Shown here: positions 12,480 to 24,359 of the stretch, in pieces
Numbering within the stretch: position 1 is the first letter of the stretch
How the letters are laid out: the number at the start of each line of letters is the position of its first letter
Origin: Hemiscyllium ocellatum
Lineage: Eukaryota
Assembly: GCF_020745735.1 (NCBI RefSeq)
Contig: NC_083409.1
Span: 20,294,341 to 20,358,340 of the forward strand
Direction of reading: 5' to 3'
DNA: 64,000 nt
Notes under the pieces: generated by a model
The model's input: the letters and a program-made list of their open reading frames with translations, nothing else
Databases searched by the model: none
What the model was told of the DNA's origin: nothing
Position numbers and translations under genes: made by a program

Positions 12480-14940
12480 TGTATATCAAAGATAAATTAT
12501 ACTCTGTTAAAGACTGCCCTGGTTGAATGCTGTATGACTCTCTGACTCTGTCGACACTGTCTACAATGCTGCCAAACTTTGTGTTATTAGCAAACTGAAA
12601 TATCTGTGCCATTATCCAAGTCATTGATAAATAATGTAACTAACTGAGTTGTGAGCACACATTCCTATTGGACACGTCACATCCTGCCGATTTCAGCACT
12701 TACTCATTATCCCTACTTTCGGTCACCTGTCACTCAACCAGCATTCCAATGTGCCAGTATTTTAGCCTCAATTCTGTGGACATTTATCGAAGTTGACGTT
12801 TCCTTACATAGGACACTATCAAATGTCTTCTGGAAGTCCCAATAAACAACATCCATTGACATTACTGTGTCCAATACGTTAGTCTCCTCTTCAAAAAAAT
12901 TCAATGAGGTTTTTCACCATGACCACCTTGTCATGAATCCATGCCGACTCTCCCTGAATAACTGACCATTTTCAAAGTCTTCAGTTACCCCCATCCTTGA
13001 TTGTAGACTTCAACAATTTCCACACTACAAACTCTGGCTGAGTGACCTGTAATTCCCTGGATTTTCTCTCAAATCCTTGTTAAATGTGAAGTGACGTTTG
13101 CAAATTTCCAAGCCAGAGGTACGACTCCTGTATCCAGGGAACTCTGAAAGATTATAGTCAGAGTGTCTACAATGTGGTCTGTTGCTACCTTTATCACCCT
13201 CAAATGGAGAATATCAGATCCTGAGGGATTGTCACTCTTCATTTTCACTATTTTCCTCATTACAGATGTTTTTGTGACATTAATGTTATTCAGTCCCTGT
13301 CCCGAATCCCCGTTAATTCTTTTGGGACTCCACGCAAGTCCACCTCATTTTCTACTGCAAATCTTGAGGTAAAGTAATTATTTCAGTTGGCTGTTATTTC
13401 CCCATTGTCACTGACAATATCCCCCACTTTCAGTCTTTAAGGCCAACATTGCTCCTGACCTCCCAGATTCCCTTTTGTGGAACTGAAACATTTCTCCTTA
13501 TTGATTTTGTTATCCCTTACATGTTTCCTTTCAGAATCCCTTTTGGTAGCTCTTAGAAGCTGCTTTGTGGCCCTTTGTATCTTTCCCATTCAGAAGATGA
13601 TGTCATTTTACTTGCTTTTTTGTAAGCCCTTGTTTTAGTTTTATTCTTTCCCTAATCTCTTTTATTGTCCATTGCTGTTTGTTTGAAGAAGTGGAGCTTT
13701 CCCCTCTCAGGTATAAACTGGTTTTGTTTTATGTTGAATGTTTCTTTAAACATCCCCCACTGTTCTTCAGTTGTTTTACCCATGAGCAGATTTTCCCAGT
13801 TTACTGTGGACAGTCTCTGTCTCATCTTGTGAAAGTCGGCCCGTACCTTAATCTCAAACTCTAGTAGCTGATTCATGCTTTTTAATTTCAAATGTGACAC
13901 TGAACTCGATCGTGTTACGATCACTATTTGATAAATGTTCATGTACAAGTAGTTACCAACTAAATCTAGTTCATTATTCATTACTAATTCCAATATTGTT
14001 TGTCCCCTTGTTGTATCCAGGACCTATTGCTGTTGGAAACTATTCCGGATACCCTCCAGAAATTCACTACCTTTCTGACAGAGTGCTTGTCTCTCTCCTA
14101 ATCTAAGTTAAAATTAAACTTCCCCATTAATAATAAACTGGCTTTGCTGCACACTTGCCTAATTCCTACATTTATACAATCCAGCACCTCAGAGCTGCTG
14201 CCGAGGGGAAGGTCTGTATCCAACATCTATTACAGTTTTAGATCCTTTCCTGCTTCTCAGTTCCACTGAATGCTTTCCCCTCATTTTAACCTCCCTCACC
14301 GTTGAAGTAATTTTGTTTCTAATGAATAAGGCTGCTCCACCTCTTCTGCCATTTCCCCATGTCCATCCTGTGAACCTTCTAACCCGATATATTTAGTTCC
14401 CAATCCTAACTATTCTGCAAATATATCTCAGTAATTGATCCTACAGCATAATCTTAAATTTGAATTTGTGCCTGCAGATTATTGTATTTATTCCTTTCGC
14501 TCCGTGCATTCATATATAGAACTCTCATTTGGTCCATTCACTGAATTTCTGTTCCTCAGCACTGATACGGTATTCACCTCTTTCTTATTTCTCTCTATCT
14601 GTTTAATCAATATCCTTCTGATAGCTTTCCTGATATTGCCCAAGTCGGACCTTTAGCCTATGTTGCCAATGTTGTTGGTCTCAACACGCACAACAACTGG
14701 AGTATCCTCCCCGCCCCCACTCCAATATCCTTTCAAGCTGGTTCTAGATGCCCCTTATCTTGGCACCAGGCAGGCAACACACCATGTGGGACTCTCAATC
14801 CTGCTCACAAAGGATGCTATCAGTCCCCCTCATTATCAAATCCTCCTCTTTCCTTTGTGCTCCCCCAGTCTGAATGGCCTCCTGGACCATGACGCAGTGG
14901 TTTTCATTCATTCATTCATAGGATATGGGCATCTCTGACC
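12480..14940 (-). mobile_element. Degraded CR1-type LINE (RT to APE to ORF1)
   Basis: ORFs with SLDTGVVPLAWKFANVT and ADFHKMRQRLSTVNWENLL; the ORF1-like segment resembles 6000-6400. Confidence 0.75.
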
Positions 14941-15059
14941 AAGCCAATATTTACTGCCCACAGGGCAGTTAACAGATAACCACATGGAATCGTACAATCA
15001 TAGGGAAATGAGGAAACTGGTGAAGTCGAGTCTCTTTCAGTACATGGTTGAAGAGCTCA

Positions 15060-15497
15060 TTTCCCCTCCCTCCACCTTACCCCAGTTCCAACCTTCCAGA
15101 TCAGCATTGTCCTCATGATCTGTCCTACCTGCCGATCTCCCTTCCCACCTATCTGCTTTACCCTCCCCTCTGACCTATCACCTCCATCCCCACCCCCATT
15201 CACCTATTGTACTCTTTTCTACCTTCCCCCACCCTCCTCTCCAACCTATCACCTCCATCCCCACCCCATTCACCTATTGTACTTTTTGCTACCTTCTCCC
15301 TAAACACGCCCCTCCCCACCCACCACCTCCATTTATCTCTCTACCCTGGAGAGTCTCTGCCTCTATTCCTGATGAAGGGCTTTTGCCCAAAACGTCAATT
15401 TTCTTGCCCTCAGATGCTGCGTGACCTGCAGTGCTTTTCCAGCACCACTCTGATTTAAACTCTGGTTTCCAGCATCTGCAGTCCTCACTTTTGCCTA
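15060..15497 (+). mobile_element. Penelope-like element 3' end (pLTR-like) with a mutated hammerhead motif
   Basis: Pyrimidine-rich tract, then attcCTGATGAagggcttttgcccAAAACGTC and the common tail gatgctgc...ccagcatctgcagtcctcactttt. Confidence 0.75.
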
Positions 15498-16297
15498 GTT
15501 GAAATTGGATATCCCCCATTTTACACATTTAATTTTTGCTTCATCTTTATCTCTTTACATGATGACTTTTAAACTTACAGAGTTATGGTCATTATCACCA
15601 AAATGCTGAGACTAGGTTTGCCCATTCTCCCAACAAACATTTCCCTCACTGACACAGGGAGCAAGTACCTCATTCCTGTTGGACAATGAGCTGAGACTCC
15701 TGCAATACTACATTCAGGCTGCATCGACCTGCTCACTTATCGTCACACCCTCCTGTCCCTGACCACTGACTATAATTTGAAGCATTTAACCTACAAGGTG
15801 TGACTGCCTCCCCAACCATAGTGTCCAGGTAACTCTCCCCCTCCCTCGCAGTGTTTGAAGCTCAGATTCCAGCTCATCAACTCTGAGCTGGAGTGCCTTG
15901 AGCAACCAACACTTGCTGCAGATGTGGTCACTCTGAGCTACAATGGGCTCCACCAGCTTCCCCATCGTACAATTACTACACATCGCCTGGCCCTGTATGT
16001 GGAAATTATTTGAGGAGTTTTTAATTTTTTAAAAAAGTTGCTGTTAGTCTTTAATTTTTAATCTGTAAAATATTCCCATCACGGAGACAGAGAAGGCTCC
16101 AGCTCAGAAGGAGGCTCTTCAGCCCCTCATGTCAGTGCTAGCGGTTTAGTAACCTCATTCACAATGAACATCTCTGTTGAATGTTTGTTGTCAGGAAGTG
16201 ATTGAGTCTGTTTTTAGAGAGAGAATAACGGACAAATATGAACTGGTCCGAGAGAGTCAGCATGGATTTACAAAGGTTCAGACATTGAAGGTTCAAT

Positions 16298-16578
16298 ATA
16301 GTGGCTCAGTGGTTAGCACTGCTGCCTCACGGCACCAGGGGCCTAGGTTCAATTCCAGCCTCGGATGTGTGTAGAGCTTATACATTCTCTCTGTGTCTGC
16401 GTGGGTTTCCTCCCACAGTGTAAAAATGTGCAGGTCAGGTGAATTGGCTATTCTAAATTGCCCACCGTGTTAGGTGCATTAGTTCTGAGGGAAATGGGTC
16501 TGGGTGGGTTTCTCTTCGGAGGGTCAGCGTGGACTTGTTGGTCCACAGGGTCTGTTTCCACACTGTAGGGAATCTGAT
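16298..16578 (+). mobile_element. tRNA-derived SINE (HE1/V-SINE-like)
   Basis: A box tggctcagtggtt, B box ggttcaattcc, central gtgtctgcgtgggtttcc, LINE-like tail cactgtagggaatct. Confidence 0.85.
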
Positions 16579-16879
16579 CGTATCTTTAACTAACGAGGTT
16601 ATACGTTGTTAGGAGGTCCCTAATGTGGGATTTAAGGGAATGTCGATGGCTATTGTCCATAGGGAATTCCAGAAGACATTTAAGAACATTCCACAAAAGA
16701 AACATGGAATCAGATCTTGCGCTCCACAATTACTTGATGAAGGAGCACCGCTCAGAAAGCTGGTGTTTCCAAATAAACCTGTTGGACTACAATCTGGTGT
16801 TCTGTGATTTTTAACTTTGTACACGACAGTCCAACACTGGCACCTCCAAATCATGGAATCGGATGGAATTTGAGAAATG

Positions 16880-17120
16880 CATTTACCTTGGGTGAGAAAT
16901 GGGTCTGTCTAGGAGACAGAGAGGAGGAATAATGTGTATAATGTGTTCCAATGAGCCAGATGTGAGTAGTGGTGTTGCCAGGGATCTGTACTGGGATCTC
17001 ATCTTTTCACAATATTTCTCAATGACTTGGATGAAGAAACAGAGAGCCATATATCGAAGATTGCTGACCACACTGAGGTGGCTTGGAGGAGGTCACAGAG
17101 ATAGGGAGGATGGGAGGACA
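16880..17120 (+). mobile_element. CR1-type LINE RT fragment
   Basis: agtggtgttgccagggatc...aagattgctgac corresponds to the SGVPQG...KFADD region. Confidence 0.65.
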
Positions 17121-18181
17121 GGGAGCGGTTTAAGAACAAGGATGAGAATTTGAAAATCAAGGTGTTGCTGGACCAGGAGCTGATGTCGGTCAGTGAGGAT
17201 TGTGGTGGTCATGGTGGGACGGAAGATAGGGACGGGGGTGTGGGGTGGACTTGGTGTGAGTTGGAACACCGATAGCAGAGTTTGGGATGAGCTGATATTT
17301 ACGGAAGGCAGTGGCTGTGACGTGGGCCTGGATAAAATTGTAATAGTCACATTTGGAGTCCCAAAAACATGGTTGAGATTTTCAGTGGCTGATAATTGTG
17401 ATGTGGAGGACTTGGGCCTCAAATCAGCCTCAAAGATGAGGCCAAAGTTATGAAGAGTCTGGTTGAGCAGCAGACAGTGCTCAGGGAGAGGGATGGAGTT
17501 TGTACCAGGAGCTGAAGAGGATGGCTTTGATCTTCCCAATGTGTTTGACAGTGAGCCTGGCTCCTCAATCCTGACTGCTCTTAGCTGCTGTGATTGTCAC
17601 TGATCGGACACATATTATTAGAGATTCTGACCACAGCAGAAAGCCCCAGTGTAAAAAATAAATGCAAAGACTGTCAGATCGCAAGGTTGAAACTTCACCA
17701 AGAGAGGAAGTGAAAGAAGGAGCTCGGAGCAGCTGGACGTTTGTTACTAAGACGGGAGAAAACTGTGAACCATCTGCACTCCCTGGAATCTGACAGCACA
17801 GGAGGCGGCCATTCAGCCCATCATGCCTTGGAATTACTCAATTATCCCCATTGCTCTCTCCCCATAACTCAGCAAATCTTTCCTTTATAGCTCAATCTCC
17901 AATTCCCTCTTATAGACCTCATGTCCACAGAGTGATACTGCTCTGAAGCTGGGCTTCAAATTGGCATCTCATACATTCATTGGGAGACAAACTGCCTGGG
18001 CTGGGAAATGGAGCTCAGGATCCTGAACATTCCCTCTCCCCTCCTGAGGAACACTTCACTTGGTTTTAAGTATTCACTCATGGGAAGTGTTCCCGTGTAT
18101 CTGCTGCTCTTGTTCTAAATGGACCTGGACGTGGGTTTAGAAGGGAACCAGAAGGATTGCAATTGCTGTAAATACGAGACA

Positions 18182-18316
18182 AAAATAGAAATTGCTGGAA
18201 AAGCTCAGCAGGTCTGGCAGCATCTGTGAAGAGAAATCAATGTTAACATTTCATGCTCTGATTTCTCTCCACAGATGCTGCCAGATCTGCTGAGCTTTTC
18301 GTGCAATTTCTATTTT
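18182..18316. repeat. Inverted repeat with 47-bp arms (18182-18228 / 18270-18316), PLE-terminus derived
   Basis: aaaatagaaattgctggaaaagctcagcaggtctggcagcatctgtg versus the reverse complement of the right arm: 44/47 identical. Confidence 0.85.
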
Positions 18317-18329
18317 CCCATATGGGTTT

Positions 18330-19900
18330 GGAAGGTGCTATCTGGGGATCTTTGGTGAGTTTCTGCTGAGCATCTTATCAATAATACACGCTGCTGCTAT
18401 GGAGCAGTGGTGGGAGTGGATGTGATGCCAATCAAGGAGGCTGCTTGGCTCTGGATGGTAGCAAGCTTTCTGAGTGGATAAGAATGACATAGGATATGAT
18501 AGACATAGACAGGAATGGATTAGAGGGATATGGGCCAAATGCAGGCAAATGAGAATAGTTAACTTCAGAAAACCTGGTCAGAATATAGACGTTTGGCTTA
18601 AGGGTTTGTTTCTGTGATGCATGCCGCTGTGACACCATTATTCTATGAATGTTGTTGGAGCTGCACCCATCCAGGCAGGTGGGGAGTATTCGATCACACT
18701 CCTGGCTTTGGAGGAATCAGGAAGTGAGTTACTCGATACAGTATTCCTTGCCTCTAACCTGCTCATGTAATCACTGTGTTTCTGTGGTGAGTCCAGTTGA
18801 GTTTCTGGTCAACGGTACCTCAGAATGTTGATAGTGGGGATTCAGTGATGGTAATAGCATTGACTGTCAAGGGACGATGGCTAGTTTGTCTCTTATTGGT
18901 GATGGTCATTGGCTGGCATTTGCAAGGCACCAATGGGAAATATTGCTTCTCAGATGAAATTGGATATTGTGCAGATATTGCTGCAATCGAACATGGACTG
19001 TTTCAGTATATGAGACATTGAGATTGTGCACTCATTGTCAATGCTCCCCATTCATGATCATTGCCTTGAGTTGCAATATCTGTTTGGAGTCTGTCCTATT
19101 TAGCATGGTGATAGTACCACACACCAAAATGGAGAGTATTCTCAATGTGAAGGTCAAACTTTGTTTCTACAAGGACTGTGTTATGGTCACTCTTACCAAT
19201 ACTGTCAAGGACAGATGCATCTACAGCCACAAGATTGGTGAGGATGGGGGTCAAGCACGTTTTTCCATCTGTTTGGTTCCTTCACCACCAGCTGCAGAGC
19301 CAGTCCCTCAGCTACACCCATTAGGAACCAACTAGCTCGATCAGTAATGCTGCTGCCGAGCTACTCTCAGTGGTGGACATTGAAACCCCCGAACCCAGAG
19401 TACATTCTGTGTTGTCACCAGCCTCAGTGCTTCCTCCAAATGTTGTTCAACATGGAAGAGAGACTGATTCATCAGCCGAGGGAGCAAGATATCTTGTAAT
19501 CACCAGGAGGTTTCCTCGCCCATGTTTAGGCTGGAGTCATGAGACTTCATGGGGTCCGGAATCAACTTTGAGGCCTCTCAGGGTAACTCTCTTCTGGCTG
19601 TAGACCACTGTGTCATCAGCTTTGCTGGGTTTGCCTTTCTGTGGGACAGGATACATGCAGGGACAGTGATGGTGGTGTCTGGGACATTGTCTGTAAGGTA
19701 TGGTTCTGTGAGTATGGCTGTGTCAGGCTGTTGCTTGACTAGTCTGTGAGACAGCTCTCCTGAATTTGGCACTTGCCCCCAGATGTCAGTAAGGAGGATG
19801 GAGCAGGTATGTCAATACCTTTACTGTCTCTGCATCGATGCCCGTGGTCTGTCCGGTTTCATTTCTTTGTTGAGAGGTCGTCACAATTGATACAACTGAG
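18330..19900 (-). mobile_element. Degraded non-LTR retrotransposon with APE endonuclease remnant
   Basis: Minus-strand QQPDTAILTEPYLTDNVPDTTITVP. Segment 19370-19500 is also found at 52170-52290. Confidence 0.65.
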
Positions 19901-20644
19901 AGCCTTGCTCGGCCATTTTACAGGGCAATAGAGAATCAACCACATTACTGGGGGACAGTGCCAAGGATCCCAACATCACATTCTGACCTCCCCGACTTTC
20001 CCATTCTGTATGTGGAAGGCTGAAGCCTGCCAGCAGGATATTCAACTACAGGAGCTTTCACAGCCTCTGGACAATTCTGTCCCCACATTAATTCAACACA
20101 AATCTTGAATTCACATCGCACCTTCAATATCCAAAACATTCCAAGATGGTTCACAAAGTTGCAGTAAGAGGAATGGGGGAAGAGGGTGGGGGAACATAAG
20201 AACTAGGAGCAGGAGCAAGCAATTCAGCCCCTCGAGCCCACTCCACCATTTAATACAATCATGGCTGATCCCATCTCAGACTCAACTCCACTTTCTTGCC
20301 CACTCTCCATCATCCTTTAACCCATTACCCATTAAATGTCTGCCCATTTCCTCCTTGGTGTGAGACAGGGAAATGATCACTCCATTTCAGACAATTGGGC
20401 TTTATGGAGCGGGTGGAAGGAAGGTGGGAGAGGACATCAGGATTATGGAGTTAGGAGGTGGGATGAACAGGAATAAGGGTTTCTGTGGTCAAGGGGCTGA
20501 CGTAGTGCAGAGAGACAATGTTGTGGAGATAGAAAAGAGGCCCACGTGATGGAGAGGGTGTGCGGTTTGAAGCTCAGATACTGAAGGGTGCAGTGGCATG
20601 GAAGCCCATGTTGACTGGTCTCTATAGGAGGATCAGTGGGAACA

Positions 20645-20955
20645 GGATGCATGCCTACTGGTCTCTATTGTAAGGTTCAGGGGAAAGAAGGCCCTAGTTT
20701 ACTGGCCTCGACTGAAGTATCTTGTGAGATGGTGACCCATGTTTACTGGAGTCAATTGGAGCATCCAGTGGGCTGGGGGCCTGTGATTACTGGTGTCTAT
20801 TGAAGGGCCCAGTGTAATGGAGGTCTATGTTTACTGATATGCATTGGATGATCCAATGGTATGGAGATCCATATATACTGGTTTCTGCTGGACATCCATT
20901 GGGAAGGAGGCCGATGTTTACTGGTCTCCATGACAGAGTCCAGTGGGTCATGGAC
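20645..20955. repeat. Degenerate 44-bp tandem repeat, about 7 units
   Basis: Core TACTG at 20656, 20700, 20744, 20788, 20832, 20876 and 20919. Confidence 0.8.
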
Positions 20956-21359
20956 ATCATGGTGGGTGTGGGGCTCAGTTCCTTTCTGTTGTAATTGTGT
21001 GATGGTCCTGACCTCATCGCAGTAAAACACCTTGACCCAGAGCCTGACTGTGGAAGGGGAAGGAGAGGGGAAGGGATTGGAACATGTTGTGAATGGACAG
21101 GATGGGTCAGTGGGTCAGAGCCTGTCCTGTCCCCCTAGCTCACACTGATGGCCTGAGGATCTCCTCTCTCTGCTGGATCTTCATGGAATGAGGTTTGTGT
21201 CCAAACCAGTCCCCAGTGAGAATAGGCCAACAGCACAGAACTGTCTTCATTTAACAAGAATCTGTTCATCATCTTGAGACAGGCTAATGCCTGGTCAATG
21301 TGGGAAATGGGGCCTTACTCCAGGAGAAGACATGCTTCTGAGGTTAAGAGTTAACATCC

Positions 21360-21670
21360 ACTGTTGTGGTTCTGTTCGCCGACCTGGAAATTTATGTTGC
21401 AGACGTTTCGTCCCCTGTCTAAGTGACACCCTCAGTGCTTGGGAGCCTCCTGTGAAGCGCTTCTGTGATCTTTCCTCCGGCATTTATAGTGGTTTGTCTC
21501 TGCTGCTTCCGGTTGTCAGTTCCAGCTGTCCACTGCAGTGGCTGGTATATTGGGTCCAGGTCGATGTGCTTATTGATTGAATCTGTGGATGAGTGCCATG
21601 CCTCTAGGAATTCCCTTGCTGTTCTCTGTTTGGCTTGTCCTATAATAGTAGTGCTGTCCCAGTCAAACAT
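21360..21670 (-). mobile_element. Penelope-like element 3' fragment (GIY-YIG C-terminal tail plus hammerhead-like motif)
   Basis: FDWDSTTIIGQAKQRTAREFLEAWHS; same family as 49010-50180. Confidence 0.8.
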
Positions 21671-21739
21671 CCATTAGTGGGCCAGAGCAGAGGGAGATTT
21701 GCCCTGCAATTAACTGTCACCACTTGGGATACTGTGGGA

Positions 21740-22200
21740 AAGAGAGGGAAGAGATACAGAATGAGAGTTGGAGGGAGAGCATGTGTGTGAGAGAGAGAGG
21801 GAGGTGTGTCTGCGATAGCGTGAGATGTGTACAGGGAGCGAGAGAGATGCAGATGGAAGTAGAGATGGTGAGGTTGAGGGAAATGAGGAAAGAAATAGAG
21901 TGTGAGATAGTGTGACTAAGGGCGTCGGAAAGAGAGAGACCAGGTAGGTGGAGAGGAAGGATGGAGAAAGAAAAAAGAATAGATAAGAAACAAGAAAGGG
22001 AGTAAGTGAGGGAAACAGTGAGAGATGGAGAAATAGAGATTATGAGACAGAGTGAGAAAGTGTGAGTGAGTTGAACAGAGTGTGAGAGAGAGAGAATGGG
22101 AGAGATTAGGAGTGCCAAAGAGAGAGATAGAGAGAAAGAGTTGGCAGATGTGAGACAGAATGGGAGTGATAAAGAGAGAAAGTGATAAAGAGAGACAGAC
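21740..22200. repeat. GA-rich low-complexity tract
   Basis: Irregular (GA)n/purine-rich sequence. Confidence 0.85.
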
Positions 22201-23190
22201 AGGATCTGGTCACCACATTCTGGGAAGGAAGTGATTGTACTCGGAAGGGTGCAGAGATTTCCCAGGATGCTGCCTGGGCTGTAGGGTCTGAGTGATGAGG
22301 AAAGATTGGAAAGACTGGGGTTGTTTTCCTTGGAGCAGTGAACGTTGGGAGGAAACCTGACAGAGAACTGTAAGATTATGAGGGGCACAGATAGATTCGA
22401 CAGGAAGGCACTTTTTACATGGATAAAGGTGTCAGAAACTAGGGTCAGAAACTGAAGGTAACATAGAGACAGAAACACAGAAACAGGAGTAGTCCACTCA
22501 GCCCTTTGACTTTGCTCTGTCATTCAGTATGATCACGGTTGATCCTCCATCTCAAAGCCATATTCCTGCTTTCTCCCCATTCCATTCATGCTGTGAAAAG
22601 GCAAAACAATAATCTTGAACATATTCAATTCTCTCTCCTCCATAGCTGTCAGGATCGTAGGTACAGAGTTCAACAGGTTGACTACCCTCTGAGTGAAGAA
22701 ATGTTTCCTCATCTCAGTCTTAAATGGTCAACTTTGTATCCCCCAAGACTGGGTCCCCTCGTTCCAGAATTCCCAACCAGGGGAAACCTCCTCCCTGCTC
22801 AGCCCTGTTAGAAATTTACAGATTTCAATCTGATCCCCTCTTATCCTTCTGAACTCAAGTGAGTTCAGGCCCAGTCGACTTAGAGAGTGAGAGGTGAGTT
22901 GAGGAGAAATGTTTTCACCCAGAGGGTGGTGGGAGTCTGGAACTCAATGCCTGAAAGGCTGTTTGAGTCACAAACTCTCGTGACATTGCAGCAGTGTTTA
23001 GATATACATTTGTGTTGCTGTAGCTTCCAGGCCTATGGACCAAGAGCGGGAAAATGGGATTAGTTTGTCAAGGTCTTTGTTGTCCAGCACAGACACAATG
23101 GGCCAAATGGTCTAATTCAGCACAGTTCACATCAATGTCTCTCTAGGATAGACAGAGAGAGAGGGAGAATGGGGAGACAGAGAGAGAGAG

Positions 23191-23290
23191 AAGAGGAAGT
23201 GTGAGGGGCTGACGTGGCTCTCTCTGCCTGATGCCATTTACATACTGAGGAACACCCAGTCAGATTCTCACAGGCTGCAGCTTTATAAAG
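23191..23290 (+). promoter_or_regulatory. Ig light-chain V promoter
   Basis: AAGAGGAAGT (PU.1/Ets-type) at 23191-23200, TGACGT (CRE half-site) at 23210-23215, ATTTACAT (octamer variant) at 23236-23243 and TTTATAAA at 23282-23289, all upstream of the leader ATG at 23348. Confidence 0.75.
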
Positions 23291-23347
23291 CAGAACCCAG
23301 TGAAGGGAGAGTTTATCAGGAACCAGGCACGGACAGGAGCACAGACC

Positions 23348-23396
23348 ATGATTTCACACATCCAGCTGATCTGGCCCCTGGCATTCTGTGTTGCAG
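23348..23396 (+). CDS. IGKV: Ig kappa (NS4/type III) leader exon
   Basis: MISHIQLIWPLAFCVA(G) followed by the donor g|gtacaa; matches my recollection of the nurse shark NS4 leader. Confidence 0.92.
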
Positions 23397-23582
23397 GTAC
23401 AAATCTCTCTCCTTCCACCTTGAATCTTTAGCTGCTCTCCATTTCACTCCAATTCCACTGACTTGTGATTGAAGAGAAAATGCTGAAACCAGATGAATGC
23501 TCAGTGTCTCCAACAATCTCTCATTTGACCGGCTCTTTCTGTGACAGTTCTGACATCACTGTGTTTCTCTCTGACCCCTCAG

Positions 23583-23912
23583 GTATCAGTGGGGACATCA
23601 GCATGACCCAGTCTCCCCCGGTGCTGTCAGTGGGACGGGGCCAGACCGCAACCATCACCTGTACGGCCAGTCAAAGCATTAGCAGCTCCCTTGCTTGGTA
23701 CCAGCAGCGAGAAGGTCAGAAACCCTCTCTCCTGATCTATGCTGCATCAACTCAATTCACAGGAGTCTCTGATCGATTCACTGGCAGTGGATCAGGGACC
23801 AGTTTCACCCTGAAAATCAGTAACGTTCAGAATGAGGATGTCGCTGACTATTACTGTATGCAGCATTACAGCTGGCCTTTCACGTTCGGTAAAGGAACCA
23901 AACTCAGACTGA
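23583..23912 (+). CDS. IGKV: Ig kappa (NS4) joined VJ exon, in frame
   Basis: Acceptor ccctcag|gt. [14 protein letters not shown]...TITC(23660)...LAWYQQ...DYYC(23855)[19 protein letters not shown]. Donor a|gtaagt at 23913. No stop codon and no RSS between V and J. Confidence 0.95.
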
Positions 23913-24273
23913 GTAAGTAAACCTCAATCCTCTGTTAGTAACCCTGTCAATACTGAAACACAATTTCTAAAACACAAATGCTGAATTGTTGAAGGTGTTC
24001 CTGAGAAGCTGCAGTGAATGAAGGAGTTGATTGAGGAGCATTGTGTCTAATAATGTGTTCAGCTGTATTTTTTTTCGTTCCATCGCCCCCTTTAAAAAGC
24101 AAGATATAAGTCAGTAAGTTTTACTCACCGTGTGGATGAGCTCTGTCCATTTGCACTCCTGCAACATGGAGTGAAATCAGTGAGTAGCCTCCTGCCAGTC
24201 TCAGTGTGACGGACACGGGCAGAGTTTGATGTGAGCTCTGGATCCCTGTCCCAGTCTCTGATCTCACTGACCT

Positions 24274-24303
<30 letters not shown>
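24274..24303. repeat. (CAG)10 microsatellite
   Basis: Direct reading. Confidence 0.95.
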
Positions 24304-24305
<2 letters not shown>

Positions 24306-24359
24306 CAGTGAGACACCGAGCTCCCACCTCCCCCAGCTTTAACTCTGCTCAATCACACA

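Noticed and set aside
21717-22523. 268-aa minus-strand ORF
   Set aside because: It is the translation of a CT-rich low-complexity tract plus a CR1 fragment.
24304-24342. CACAGTG heptamer after J as an RSS
   Set aside because: No nonamer at a 12- or 23-bp spacing (cccacctcc, agctttaac).
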